IMG/VR virus record: IMGVR_UViG_3300021171_000137
Direction: 5' to 3' (one strand)
DNA length: 64,000 nt
Origin: an uncultured virus (IMG/VR IMGVR_UViG_3300021171_000137)
Lineage: Duplodnaviria; Heunggongvirae; Uroviricota; Caudoviricetes
This document shows positions 39,763-49,800 of the stretch, in pieces. Every line of letters begins with the position of its first letter. Positions within the stretch are counted from its first letter, which is position 1. The position numbers were made by a program, and so were the translations under genes. Under the pieces are notes generated by a model. That model made no database searches and had not been told where the DNA came from. It saw nothing but the letters and a program-made list of their open reading frames with translations.

Positions 39763-40133
39763 GGCTCGTTCCCGATCTGGAAGCGCACTTCCTGCGGTAT
39801 TTGCCTCCCGGCTGGGTTGCTGAAAACGGCGAGGTCTACCAGAACGGCGGCCAGAAATGGGTCGATACGCTGGCCGAAGCGGACGGGGTCTGGTTCCTGT
39901 GCCCGAAGTGCTTTGCGTCCAATGGCGGACGTCCTGGCACGCATGCCGTGGTCTGTTGGTTCGTCGGCAAAGTACCGGATGACGCGCGGCCTGGTCCAGG
40001 CCGCTGGGTGACGCAAGGGACTGGATTAGCGGATCTGACCTTCGTGCCGTCAGAGACTCGCAGCCGTAGCGTCGCCTTGACAGGCGGCGGTTGCGGATGG
40101 CACGGTTTCGTAACGAATGGGGACGCCGCTTGA
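39759..40133 (+). CDS. DUF6527-like Zn-binding protein
   Basis: FLCPKC...LTFVPS...GCGWHGFVTNG. Confidence 0.55.
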   Translation: MRLVPDLEAHFLRYLPPGWVAENGEVYQNGGQKWVDTLAEADGVWFLCPKCFASNGGRPGTHAVVCWFVGKVPDDARPGPGRWVTQGTGLADLTFVPSETRSRSVALTGGGCGWHGFVTNGDAA

Positions 40134-40510
40134 ACCTGCATCAGATCGCCGCGCCCTACGTATCCAAGGTAAATCCGTGGGTGATCGGCCAGTGGCAGCA
40201 ATCGACCGGGTCCCAGCAGAACGCATCGGGTAAGCGTGCTCCGAATTACGCGGCGCCGGTGTCCGTTCAGATTCAGGCGCAAGCACTGTCCTGGAAAGAC
40301 CTAGCCCAGATCCAAGGCCTGAACCTGCAAGGTGTGCGCCTAGCGATGTACATCAGCGGGAACATTCAGGGCGTCAGTCGCCCGGACGTAAAGGGCGGCG
40401 ACCTCATCACTCTCCCGGACGGTACGGGGTGGCTTGTGGCGATCGTGCTCGAGAACTGGTCCGAAACCGCTGGCTGGACCAAGGTCGGAGTTACCCAGCA
40501 GAACGACTAG
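40130..40510 (+). CDS. Head closure/head-tail joining protein
   Basis: LHQIA...QIQAQAL...GVSRPDVKGGDL...WLV..VLENW. Confidence 0.75.
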   Translation: MNLHQIAAPYVSKVNPWVIGQWQQSTGSQQNASGKRAPNYAAPVSVQIQAQALSWKDLAQIQGLNLQGVRLAMYISGNIQGVSRPDVKGGDLITLPDGTGWLVAIVLENWSETAGWTKVGVTQQND

Positions 40511-40688
40511 ATATGGAGAAAGGAAAATCTCCCATGATCACCGCAACCCTGATCCTGCAAGTGGCCGCGCTCGTTTTGCTGATCCTGGCTGCCGTGAACG
40601 TGGCGTCGGCGCGTGTGTCGCTGGGCTGGGCGGGCCTCGCCTGCTGGCTTCTAAGTGAGTTGGTCGGCCGTATTCATTGGAGCTAAAA

Positions 40689-41180
40689 ATGCCACTGACC
40701 TCGAAGGGCGAGGAAATCAAGAGCGCGATGCAGGACCAGTACGGCAAGGAAAAAGGCGAACAGGTGCTCTACGCGAGCGCGAACAAAGGCACGATCAGCG
40801 GCATCGATGCCATGGACGCGGAGCAACAGCGTGATGAGAGTGGCCGGTTTGGCTCTGGCGGTGGCAGTGCGTCGCCGCCTGCGGGTAAGGGACCGGAAGG
40901 CGGCGGCGGAAGCACAACCTCTAAATCATTAAAGTCGGTCTTGCAGATGGGAGAAGAAAGGTATCAGGCATCGTCACAACGCGCCACGCAAGAAGGATAT
41001 CCGCGACCGTGGGCAAAGCGGGCTACAGAATCCAAAAGTCCTGACGGCGCGCAGGACGAACCGCCGCCGCAAAAGATGCTGCCAGATCAGCAGCAGCCGA
41101 ACACGGTCCCCGGCAATGAGTCGCCGCAGGCGGCCACCGCAATCAGCCCGAACATGATCTGGCCTGGCCGGCACGTCTAG
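40689..41180 (+). CDS. Small head-associated protein with RDxxGRF motif
   Basis: MPLTSKGEEIKSAM..QYG..KG..V.YAS.NKG N-terminus; AMD-AEQQRDESGRF; AQD-EPP. Confidence 0.6.
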   Translation: MPLTSKGEEIKSAMQDQYGKEKGEQVLYASANKGTISGIDAMDAEQQRDESGRFGSGGGSASPPAGKGPEGGGGSTTSKSLKSVLQMGEERYQASSQRATQEGYPRPWAKRATESKSPDGAQDEPPPQKMLPDQQQPNTVPGNESPQAATAISPNMIWPGRHV

Positions 41181-41206
41181 ATTTAAATACGAATTAAATC
41201 TAGTAG

Positions 41207-41752
41207 ATGGGCGCCCCGACCGTCAGCCTGACCGAGGAACAGACACTCGCGGCGCTACGCAGCTTCCTGCTGGCCGTTCTACCCCCGGGCACACCGGTGG
41301 TCGCCGGCCAGGACAACCGCGTTCCCGAACCGGAAGCGGTCAATTTCGTCGAGATGACGTTCATGTTCGCCGAACGCATCGAGACGAACACCGACACGTA
41401 CACCGACGGGTATCCGAGCGCGCCCAGCACGCTGTCGATCCGCGATCCGGCCATCGTGACGGTCCAGCTCGACGTGCACGGGCCCGCCAGCGGCGATAAC
41501 ACTCAGGCGATCGTGACGCTCTTTCGCAGCGATTGGGGCTGCCAGCAGTTCGCGACCAGCGGCTTTGACGTCACGCCGTTGCACACCGGCGAGCCGCCGC
41601 ATCAGATTCCGTACACGAATGCGGAGCAACAGGTGGAAGAGCGCTGGGTGATCGCCTGCATCCTTCAGTGCAATCCGATCGTGACGGTCCCGCAGGACTT
41701 CACGACCGGCGTGAAGATCAACGTGGTTTCAGTCGAAGCAACGTACCACTAA
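41207..41752 (+). CDS. Tail terminator protein
   Basis: GQDNRVPEP, QLDVHG, LFRS, EQQVEERW, LQCNP; precedes sheath. Confidence 0.75.
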   Translation: MGAPTVSLTEEQTLAALRSFLLAVLPPGTPVVAGQDNRVPEPEAVNFVEMTFMFAERIETNTDTYTDGYPSAPSTLSIRDPAIVTVQLDVHGPASGDNTQAIVTLFRSDWGCQQFATSGFDVTPLHTGEPPHQIPYTNAEQQVEERWVIACILQCNPIVTVPQDFTTGVKINVVSVEATYH

Positions 41753-41765
41753 ACGGAGTTACCTC

Positions 41766-43730
41766 ATGGGATCTTCCATCCCGGCATCGGCACTCGTTAA
41801 CATCGTTCCGGGTGTGATCGGGGCGGGCGGCAATGCTTTGCAGCTCACCGGCCTTTGCCTGACCCAGAATTCCCGCGTGCCGATCGGCACGGTAGCCTCA
41901 TATCCGTCGGCCCTGGCAGTCAGCGCGGCATTCGGCGGCAGCTCGAGCGAGGCGGCCGCGGCCGCGATCTACTTCGGCGGGTTCACCAATTCGACTGCCA
42001 AGCCGGGCGCGATGCTGTTTGTGCAGTATCCGTCCGTCGCGGTGCCAGCGTACTTGCGAGGGGCATCGGTCGCATCGATGACGCTCGCGCAGCTGCAAGC
42101 CCTGAGCGGATCGCTCACGGTCACGGTCGACGGCGAAGTGCAGACGGCTTCCTCGATCAGCCTGGCCGCGGCGACCAGTTTTTCGAACGCTGCGGCGCTC
42201 ATCGCCACCGCGTTTGCGGCCTATGACGGCGTCACGGCCAACACGACCACGATCGCCGTGGCCAGTTCCACGACCGGCACCGCTTCGATTACCGGCAACG
42301 TGATGAACGCCACCGCGGTCACGGGAACCTTGGTGGTCGGTGGCGTGATTTCCGGGACGGGCATCACTGCCGGCACCACCATCGTGTCCCAGCTCACCGG
42401 CATTGCGGGCGGCGTTGGCACTTACCAGGTATCGGTGATTCAGAACGTGGCTTCCACCGCGATCACGCAATCGGCTGGCCTGATGACCGTTTCCGGCAGC
42501 ATGGCGAGCGGCTTCCTCGCGGTGGGGCAGACCATCGTGGGCTCTGGTGTCGCGGTCGGGACCACGATCACGGCGCTGGGTAGCGGAACTGGCGCCGCGG
42601 GGACCTATTACACGTCCGGGGGTGCGCAGAGCGTATCGGCAACCACCATCAGCGCCGGCCCCCTGCTGTGCACCTACGACAGCGTATCCGGCGCCTTTAC
42701 GCTCACGGGCGGCACGCCAGGCGCGCCCGGCACGATCGGCTTTGCCACTGGCTCGCTTTCGGCCTCGTTACTGCTGACAGCGGCCACCGGCGCCGTGACC
42801 TCGCAGGGCGCGGCCGCGGCTACGCCAGCGGCATTCATGAACGCGGCGGTGAACATCACCACCAATTGGGCGAGTTTTTTCACACTGTTCGATCCGGACG
42901 GCGGTTACGGCAACACGCAAAAGGTGGCCTTTGCCAAATGGGCGGGCGGGGCGGTCGCGGTCAATAACTTCGCTTACATCTGCTGGGACACGGACGTCTC
43001 GCCCACGCTGTCCAGCAGCGCTACCAGCAGCTTGGGCTATATCCTCGAATCTACCGAAGTCTCTGGCACCTGCCCGATTTACTCGGTCGACTACACGATC
43101 GCCGCATTCGTGTGCGGCGCGATCGCATCGATCGATACGGCTCGCACCAACGGTCGCATCGCCTTCGCAAACAAGTCAAGTCCCAGCGGACTGACACCGA
43201 CGGTCACCAACCTGACCGCGTCCGTCAACCTCGCGGCCAACGGCTACAACTATTACGGCGCATGGGCCACGGCCAACCAGCAATTCATCGGGCTCGCGCC
43301 GGGAACCGTGACGGGTCCTTTCGAATGGCTCGATTCGTTTGTCGACCAGATTTGGCTGAACAATTCGTTCCAGGCCGCGCTCGTGAATCTGCTCTTCAAC
43401 GTGAACAGCATCCCGTACAACACGACCGGCTATGCACTGATCCGCAACACGTGCCTTGGCACTCCGGATGCGCCCGGGCCGATTCTGGCGGGTCTTAACT
43501 TCGGCGCCTTCGCCGGGGGCGTGCCGCTGTCGTCAACCCAGGTCGCGCAAGTGAACGCGGCCGCGGGAACGCGCATCGATGACGTGCTGTCGGCCAACGG
43601 CTGGTACTTGCAGATTCTTCCAGCGACGCCCACGGCGCGCGCGAATCGAACTACTCCCCCCTGTACGTTTTGGTATAACGACGCGGGATCGATTCAGCAG
43701 ATCACGCTTGCTTCGATCGAGGTGGAATAA
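41766..43730 (+). CDS. Tail sheath protein (DUF3383-like) with inserted beta modules
   Basis: IPASALVNIVPGV, NGYNYYG, WLDSFVDQIWLN, SIPYN, GWYLQI, FWYNDAGSIQQI. Confidence 0.88.
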   Translation: MGSSIPASALVNIVPGVIGAGGNALQLTGLCLTQNSRVPIGTVASYPSALAVSAAFGGSSSEAAAAAIYFGGFTNSTAKPGAMLFVQYPSVAVPAYLRGASVASMTLAQLQALSGSLTVTVDGEVQTASSISLAAATSFSNAAALIATAFAAYDGVTANTTTIAVASSTTGTASITGNVMNATAVTGTLVVGGVISGTGITAGTTIVSQLTGIAGGVGTYQVSVIQNVASTAITQSAGLMTVSGSMASGFLAVGQTIVGSGVAVGTTITALGSGTGAAGTYYTSGGAQSVSATTISAGPLLCTYDSVSGAFTLTGGTPGAPGTIGFATGSLSASLLLTAATGAVTSQGAAAATPAAFMNAAVNITTNWASFFTLFDPDGGYGNTQKVAFAKWAGGAVAVNNFAYICWDTDVSPTLSSSATSSLGYILESTEVSGTCPIYSVDYTIAAFVCGAIASIDTARTNGRIAFANKSSPSGLTPTVTNLTASVNLAANGYNYYGAWATANQQFIGLAPGTVTGPFEWLDSFVDQIWLNNSFQAALVNLLFNVNSIPYNTTGYALIRNTCLGTPDAPGPILAGLNFGAFAGGVPLSSTQVAQVNAAAGTRIDDVLSANGWYLQILPATPTARANRTTPPCTFWYNDAGSIQQITLASIEVE

Positions 43731-44162
43731 ATGGCATCCATCACTGGCGCGAATTCGGTCGTCATGCTGGCGATCGCGGCCCTTTACCCGGTGGCGCAAC
43801 AGCTACAAGGTTTCGCCGCCGATGACGTCTTCGATTCCGAAGGGATCGCGTCGGCAGAAATCCTCACGGGGGTCGACGGCAACATGTCGGCCGGCTGGGT
43901 TTACGTGCCGATCAAACAGGGCTACACGCTTCAGGCCGATAGCGCCAGCAACGCGCTCTTCGAAGCGTGGTACCAGGCGCAGCAGGCCATCCAGGAGCTT
44001 TACTTCGCGAGCGCGACCATTCATTTACCGGCCACGTCGCGCTCCTATGTGATGACCAAGGGCGTTCTGACCTTGCACAAGCCGACTCCGGACGTGAAAA
44101 AGGTCCTTCAGCCTCGCAAGTACGAAATCACGTGGTCGAAGATTTTCGCCGGCCCGCTCTGA
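43731..44162 (+). CDS. Tail tube protein
   Basis: SITGAN...LQGFAAD...GVDG.MSAG...LQADS; follows sheath. Confidence 0.8.
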   Translation: MASITGANSVVMLAIAALYPVAQQLQGFAADDVFDSEGIASAEILTGVDGNMSAGWVYVPIKQGYTLQADSASNALFEAWYQAQQAIQELYFASATIHLPATSRSYVMTKGVLTLHKPTPDVKKVLQPRKYEITWSKIFAGPL

Positions 44163-44173
44163 TAGGTGACCCA

Positions 44174-44695
44174 ATGGCTCGAAGGGAAGCAGACGTTCTG
44201 ATCGAAGAGGAAGGGCGCGACAAGGGCAAGCTCTTCCACCTGGTCGAATTGCCCGCCTCGCAGGCCGAGGACGTCGCGCTGCGCATCTTCCTGGCCCTGG
44301 CCAAGGGCGGTGTCGACATTCCGCAGGAAGTGCAGGACGCCGGTTTTGCGGGTTTAGTGGAATGGTTCTTTTCCGGGGTGGGCGTGTTTATGTCGCTGGG
44401 TCACGTTCCGTTTGCCGACGCGAAGGCGATCAAGGATGAAGTGTTCACCTGTTGCGTCTCATACGTGCCGGACCGGGCCCAGCCCGCCGTCCGGCGCGGC
44501 GCGGGCGGCATTGCGCCGTTGGTGGAAAGCGACATCGAGGAAGTGATGACGCGCGCGCAGCTCTACAAGAAAATCATCTGGCTGGAAACCGGTTTTTTTT
44601 CGGACGCCGTCCCCTCGAACTCGGCCACGGCCCCAGGTCCGACGGCAAATCGTACGCTTCGTACCAGAACGTCCCCCGGGCCATTGGCACAGTAA
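44174..44695 (+). CDS. Tail assembly chaperone
   Basis: GRDKGKLFHLVELPASQAE, DIEEV; between tube and tape measure. Confidence 0.75.
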   Translation: MARREADVLIEEEGRDKGKLFHLVELPASQAEDVALRIFLALAKGGVDIPQEVQDAGFAGLVEWFFSGVGVFMSLGHVPFADAKAIKDEVFTCCVSYVPDRAQPAVRRGAGGIAPLVESDIEEVMTRAQLYKKIIWLETGFFSDAVPSNSATAPGPTANRTLRTRTSPGPLAQ

Positions 44696-44823
44696 TTTCG
44701 GCGCGTCTGGCCACCAAGCACGAACTGGACACCGTCCTGGGCGTGAAAGACCTGTACGACCTGGTCGAAATCATCGTGGTCGACCGGCATAACGAACAGG
44801 TCGCGTATGAACGCAAGGATTAA
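44591..44823 (+). CDS. -1 frameshift extension of the tail chaperone (G-T type)
   Basis: GGTTTTTTTT slippery run at 44591-44600; -1 frame open to 44823 (ATKHELDTVLGVKDLYDLVEI). Confidence 0.65.
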
Positions 44824-44826
44824 ACC

Positions 44827-46215
44827 GTGCCGACTGTCATCGATTCGCTCATCGTAAAACTGGGCCTGGATCCTTCGAACTACAAAAAAGGCCAGAAGGA
44901 CACCGATGAGTCCCTGAAACGCGCGCGCGAGTCGTCAGAGAAGACTCGCAAGGCGTGGGAGGGCGACGCCAAGCGGGCCGCAGCCGCGTTTCGATCCTTT
45001 CGCAACGAAATCATCGCCATCGGTACGGCCTACCTGGGCCTTTCGGCGATCAAGTCGTTCACATCGAATCTGCTCCACGCTGGCGCCGCGGTCGGATATC
45101 TGGCGAGAAACGTCGGCGTGTCTACTGAAACGCTGTCGGCCTGGGAAGGCGCGGCGAACAAGATGGGCGCGACGGCTGGCGACGTCGACCAGGCGTTTCG
45201 AACCATGGCGCAGCAGATCGCCGATATTACGGTCGGCAAGGTGCCGGCCGACATGGAAAACTTGTCGAAGGCGTTCGCGCTGGCCGGCGAAGACCTCGGC
45301 AAGTTTCTCGTGGAAAAGAACCCGACTGAACGACTGCTGAAGTTAGCCGACGTGGTCAAGAAAATCGGCCCGGTTATGGCTCAGGGCCTTCTAGGCGGAA
45401 TGGTGGGACCTGGCTTCATCACGATGGCTGAACAGGGCCGGGCGGCCCTCGAAGCGCGCGTGGCAGAGCAAAGGAAGCTTTTCGTCTTCAGCGACGCCGA
45501 AGCCAAGCATCAGCAGGAAATGCTGATCCTGTGGAACAAGTTCATCGACCGGATCCGGACGGCTGGCGCCTCGATCGTCACGCAGCTGGAGGGCCCGATC
45601 CTGCGCGTGATGACGGAATTGGAAACCTGGCTGATCGCGGGCGGAGGCTTTAACAAGCTGGTCGATGGCGCCAAGCGCTTCGCGGCATGGATCGATGGCA
45701 TCGACTGGGCCAAAGTCGAAAACACGCTAGAAGGTATCGGTCAGATCGTCGAGCGCATTGTCGGCCTGCTAGGCAATGTAAAAGAAGTCGGCGGCGAGCT
45801 GGCTGGAGCTTCCATCGGCGCGCGCGTCGGAACTCCATTCGGCATCCCGGGCCGAATCGGCGGCGCTTTGCTCGGTGGACTACTGGGGCGCGAAGTAGTC
45901 GACTTCAAGAAACAAGTGCTCGAAAGCGACTGGTACAAGGATTTCGCGAAACGCCATAAAAACTTCGCCGGCAGTCCGTTTCAGCAGTTCATCGAGGGCG
46001 CGCCAGCTGCCGCCAGTGCAAATCCGGCCGTGCAGCCCTCTGCTGCGGCTGCGAGCGCGCAGCCGGCCGCGGCAGCGGGCGGGACCGTGAACTTCAACGC
46101 TCCCATCATCGTGAACACACAGGCGACCGACGCGCCTGGCGTTGCTCGAGGCCTGAAGACCGAGGTCACCAAGCAGTTCAGCACCACGACGCAGGCGAAC
46201 GGGGGCGCCCGATGA
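44827..46215 (+). CDS. Tape measure protein
   Basis: MPTVIDSLIVKLGLD start; helical composition; position. Confidence 0.8.
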   Translation: MPTVIDSLIVKLGLDPSNYKKGQKDTDESLKRARESSEKTRKAWEGDAKRAAAAFRSFRNEIIAIGTAYLGLSAIKSFTSNLLHAGAAVGYLARNVGVSTETLSAWEGAANKMGATAGDVDQAFRTMAQQIADITVGKVPADMENLSKAFALAGEDLGKFLVEKNPTERLLKLADVVKKIGPVMAQGLLGGMVGPGFITMAEQGRAALEARVAEQRKLFVFSDAEAKHQQEMLILWNKFIDRIRTAGASIVTQLEGPILRVMTELETWLIAGGGFNKLVDGAKRFAAWIDGIDWAKVENTLEGIGQIVERIVGLLGNVKEVGGELAGASIGARVGTPFGIPGRIGGALLGGLLGREVVDFKKQVLESDWYKDFAKRHKNFAGSPFQQFIEGAPAAASANPAVQPSAAAASAQPAAAAGGTVNFNAPIIVNTQATDAPGVARGLKTEVTKQFSTTTQANGGAR

Positions 46216-46802
46216 GCATCGCCGGCCTTCCCCCGCTGGTCGCGGCACCCGCCGGGCTGAGCAATCTTCTGAATACCACTGTCCTGCTTCAGGCCGACGC
46301 GGTGAGCCTGTTCGGTGCCTTGCAGGCGCCGTGGGGAATCTACCTAAACAACGAGCCGATCGCCCTGGCCGACTCGGTGGTGAGCCTGCGCTACCGGCAG
46401 GACTGGCGCATTGCCGACTACCCGCTCGAGCAGGGGGCGTTCGAATCCTACAACAAGGTCGAAATGCCCTTCGACGTCATGGTGAAGCTATCGAAGGGCG
46501 GTTCCCAGGCGGACCGGTACGCCTTCCTGGCAGCCATCGACGCGGCCGCGCAGTCATTGGCGCTGTACGACGTACTCACGCCAGAACGGATCTTTTCGAG
46601 CGTGAACATCGCCCACGTCGAGTACGAACGCACCGCCGATCATGGCAAGACGCTCATCACCGTGGAAATCGGCCTCATCGAAATCCGGTCGACCGCAACG
46701 CAGGCCTTCGCGGACACCAAAGCACCCAGCGGCGCGGACCCACAGACCGTAGGACTGGTCCAGCCTGGTGCCAGCGTGCCAGTGCCAGCCGGGATCCAGT
46801 AA
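46212..46802 (+). CDS. Baseplate/tube initiator (Dit-like) protein
   Basis: WGIY...IADYPLEQGAFESYNKV...YDVLTPE. Confidence 0.75.
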   Translation: MSIAGLPPLVAAPAGLSNLLNTTVLLQADAVSLFGALQAPWGIYLNNEPIALADSVVSLRYRQDWRIADYPLEQGAFESYNKVEMPFDVMVKLSKGGSQADRYAFLAAIDAAAQSLALYDVLTPERIFSSVNIAHVEYERTADHGKTLITVEIGLIEIRSTATQAFADTKAPSGADPQTVGLVQPGASVPVPAGIQ

Positions 46803-46806
46803 GCCG

Positions 46807-49800
46807 ATGCAGATCGTTCCCGTGGTCGATGCGTTCTCGCAAAGCCTGGACGTCATTCTGGGTGGCCAGTCGTGCACGCTGAACATCTATCAGAAGTCCA
46901 CCCGCAATCCGGCCATCGGCGCGCAGCAAAGTCCTTCCGCCAGCGGCGTCGCCTTGGGGCCCGCCGGCTCCGGCATATCTATCCAAGGCAACCTCGCCAT
47001 CATGACGTCGGCTCCGACGACGTCCGGCCTTCCTCCCGGCAGCGGCTTGCGCGACGTGTTCGAGGTCGCCGTGTCGACCCCGACCTTTGCGACTTCCGGC
47101 ACGCAAACCAACGCGGGCGCGCTCTGGCCCATCGTGACCGGTATCGATCCGACCGGGATACACATCACCGACGGGTGTAACTACGGGACCACATTCCCGC
47201 AGCTCAGAGGTGACGGCAACTCATACACCTACGACATCGCGACCGGTTCATATCACGGATCCGTGGCCGACTCTACCGTTCAGGCTGCGTGGGGATCGCG
47301 CAGTCAAAGCAGCGTCGGCCCCGTCGGTTCCGGCTTCGGGATCAGTAGAGCCGGCTACGGGGCGTTCGGGACTAGAGAGGGCAATAGCGTCTGTTTTGCG
47401 CCCGGCGTGTCCGCTGCTGCTTCCGTGGGTGGAGGAACACTCGCACTGTTGCATCTGGACGGCCCAAATGGATCCAGCACATTCACGGACGCGGCCGGCA
47501 ATTCATGGTCGGCCGTAAATGGCGCGACGTTAACGACGTCGCACTTCAAATTTGGAACGGCTTCGCTTGCGAGCACCACCAACCAACACATTACGACTCC
47601 GGATAATCCGACCTGGGAATTTACCGGCGATTTCACGCTTGAGTGCTTTGTCTACTTCAATGCGCTCTCTTCGGGCGGCATCAACACTTCGTTTTTAGGC
47701 CAGACCGGAACGGTAGGCGGCTCTTCCTGGTTGCTATTCCAAGATGATCTAAATGATCACATTCATTTCTACGCCAGCAACAGCCACGGCTCGTACGGAT
47801 TCAACGTAACTGGCCCGCTTTTGTCCACCGGACAGTGGTATCACTGTGCGCTCGTTCGCAGCTCCGGGACTGTTACCGCATATTTGAACGGGACGTCCTT
47901 TGGCAGCGCGACGCTCACCGGCACCATTTCTACGAACGGTCAGCCTATTGGGATAGGCGGGGATATCGCTAACATCGGCGAAATCTTCAACGGCTATATC
48001 GACGAGGTGCGGATCAGCAATATCGCCCTCTACACGGCCAATTTCACGCCCCCAACAGCGCCCTTCCCATTCTCGAATGTGACCGCGCTATTGCACTTCG
48101 ACGGGGCTAATGGTTCAACCACAATGGTTGATGAATATCCCGGCACTTGGGTGCGTGACAACACGGCTCATCTGTCGACCGCGTGGGCCCAGTTCGGGCC
48201 ATCGTCGTTACTTTTAAACGGCACCACCGATTGCATCACGACAACGGACGATCTTTACAAGCCTGGCTCCGCAGATTTCACCTTCGAATGCTGGGGTAAC
48301 GCGACGGACGTGACCGGATCGCGTGTTTTATTCGGGAGTCAAATCTTCGGCAGCCCGAACAACGGTATCGCGTTTTTCCTGAACATGGGTCAGCTCACGA
48401 TGACGTGCGCAAACTCAACGTTCACCGGATTTATGGTAGCGATGACCGCTGGCGCGTTTGTCACTGCCAATGTTCCGCATCATTACGCCTTCGTCCGCCA
48501 CGGCAACCAGTTCGATGCATATTTGGACGGCGTCAGCCAATGGACGGTGACTGCGAGCGGTTCGATCGGATCCACGCAATCAGGACTAGCGATAGGCGCG
48601 GCATTCCCAGCGCTAGGCGGCGGCAGTGTGTGGGCCGGCTATATCGACGAAGTGCGAATCTCGATGGGCGTGGCGCAGTACACGGGCAACTTCACGCCGC
48701 CAACCTCACCGTTTACGACACCGGCAGCGGCCTACTCGAGCGATCCAGGCGGCGGCTACGTGGTCGTGACGTCAGGATACGCGACAGGAACGGCGGCCTA
48801 CCAGTTCGATTGCTTACCCTGTCTGGCCGGCAACGCGAACGTTCCCTCTCAGATGTATGTGCAGGGAATTTATCCATGCGCAGACGGTGCGCATATCGTG
48901 ATTCTGACGGCCAACGCGAGCGACGCGTCACCGCTGGAGTGGAACGTCGTCAATGTGACGGGAGGTTCGGCCTCTCTGGTAGCGTACGGCAGCATTTCCG
49001 GCACGTATTTCCCTTCTATTGCCGCACTGAGCGGCGACTTCAGCGATTCGTCGCCGAATAACACAACGCAGTTCAAAGGCTGCCTGGACGGCGATCTTCA
49101 AACGCTCTGGTTGTGGGAAGGTGGAAGTTCGGCCAACGGCCTATCGATATTGCAGTTAAGCGGCGGCACCACGGCGTTGCTGTACTCGACCGCGAGCGTG
49201 TTTTCCAATTCCGCGCTCGCTGGTCCTGGCGCGATGCTGGCGGCCAATGGATATGGTGCGTTCATTCGTTCGAACACACTGGCTTTGTGGACCATTCTGC
49301 CAGCGACCTCCGCGATGGTCATCGTGCAGACCGCCAGGACGTATGTCGGCGTCGCAACCGGCAGCTATTACTGGGAAGTGATCCCGACCTTCATCAATCC
49401 GACGGGCATTTACCGGATCGGGATCGCCACGGCCACGTTCCCGCTCTCCGGCCCGGTGGGAATCGGCAGCGACACATCGGCTTCCTCGGTCGGATGGTCG
49501 TATTTGGGCGGGATCTTCTACAACGGTACGCAGATCGTGGCCGACGGCACGTACCCATTCAACATGGGCGACGTGCTCGGGTTCGCCTTCAATGCTTCGA
49601 CCGGCACGCTGTCGATGTACCGCAACGGCGTGTTCGTTTTCACGCTGAGCGGCATCGCATCGAACACGTGGTTTCCGGCCATGAGCGTGAGCGCGATCGG
49701 CAGCGCCACGGTCTTCAACCTGGGAGCCAACACCTTCACGTATTCCCCGCCGGCTGCTTACGCTTCATTGTTTGTCGACACGATCAGCAGCACCGACGGA

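Noticed and set aside
30956..48720. Diversity-generating retroelement (repeated LamG ends as TR/VR)
   Set aside because: No reverse transcriptase; all copies are coding and differences are not adenine-specific.
46900..49800. Intein as the cause of the baseplate insertion
   Set aside because: No Cys/Ser start with His-Asn end or LAGLIDADG motifs; the insert consists of lectin-like domains.
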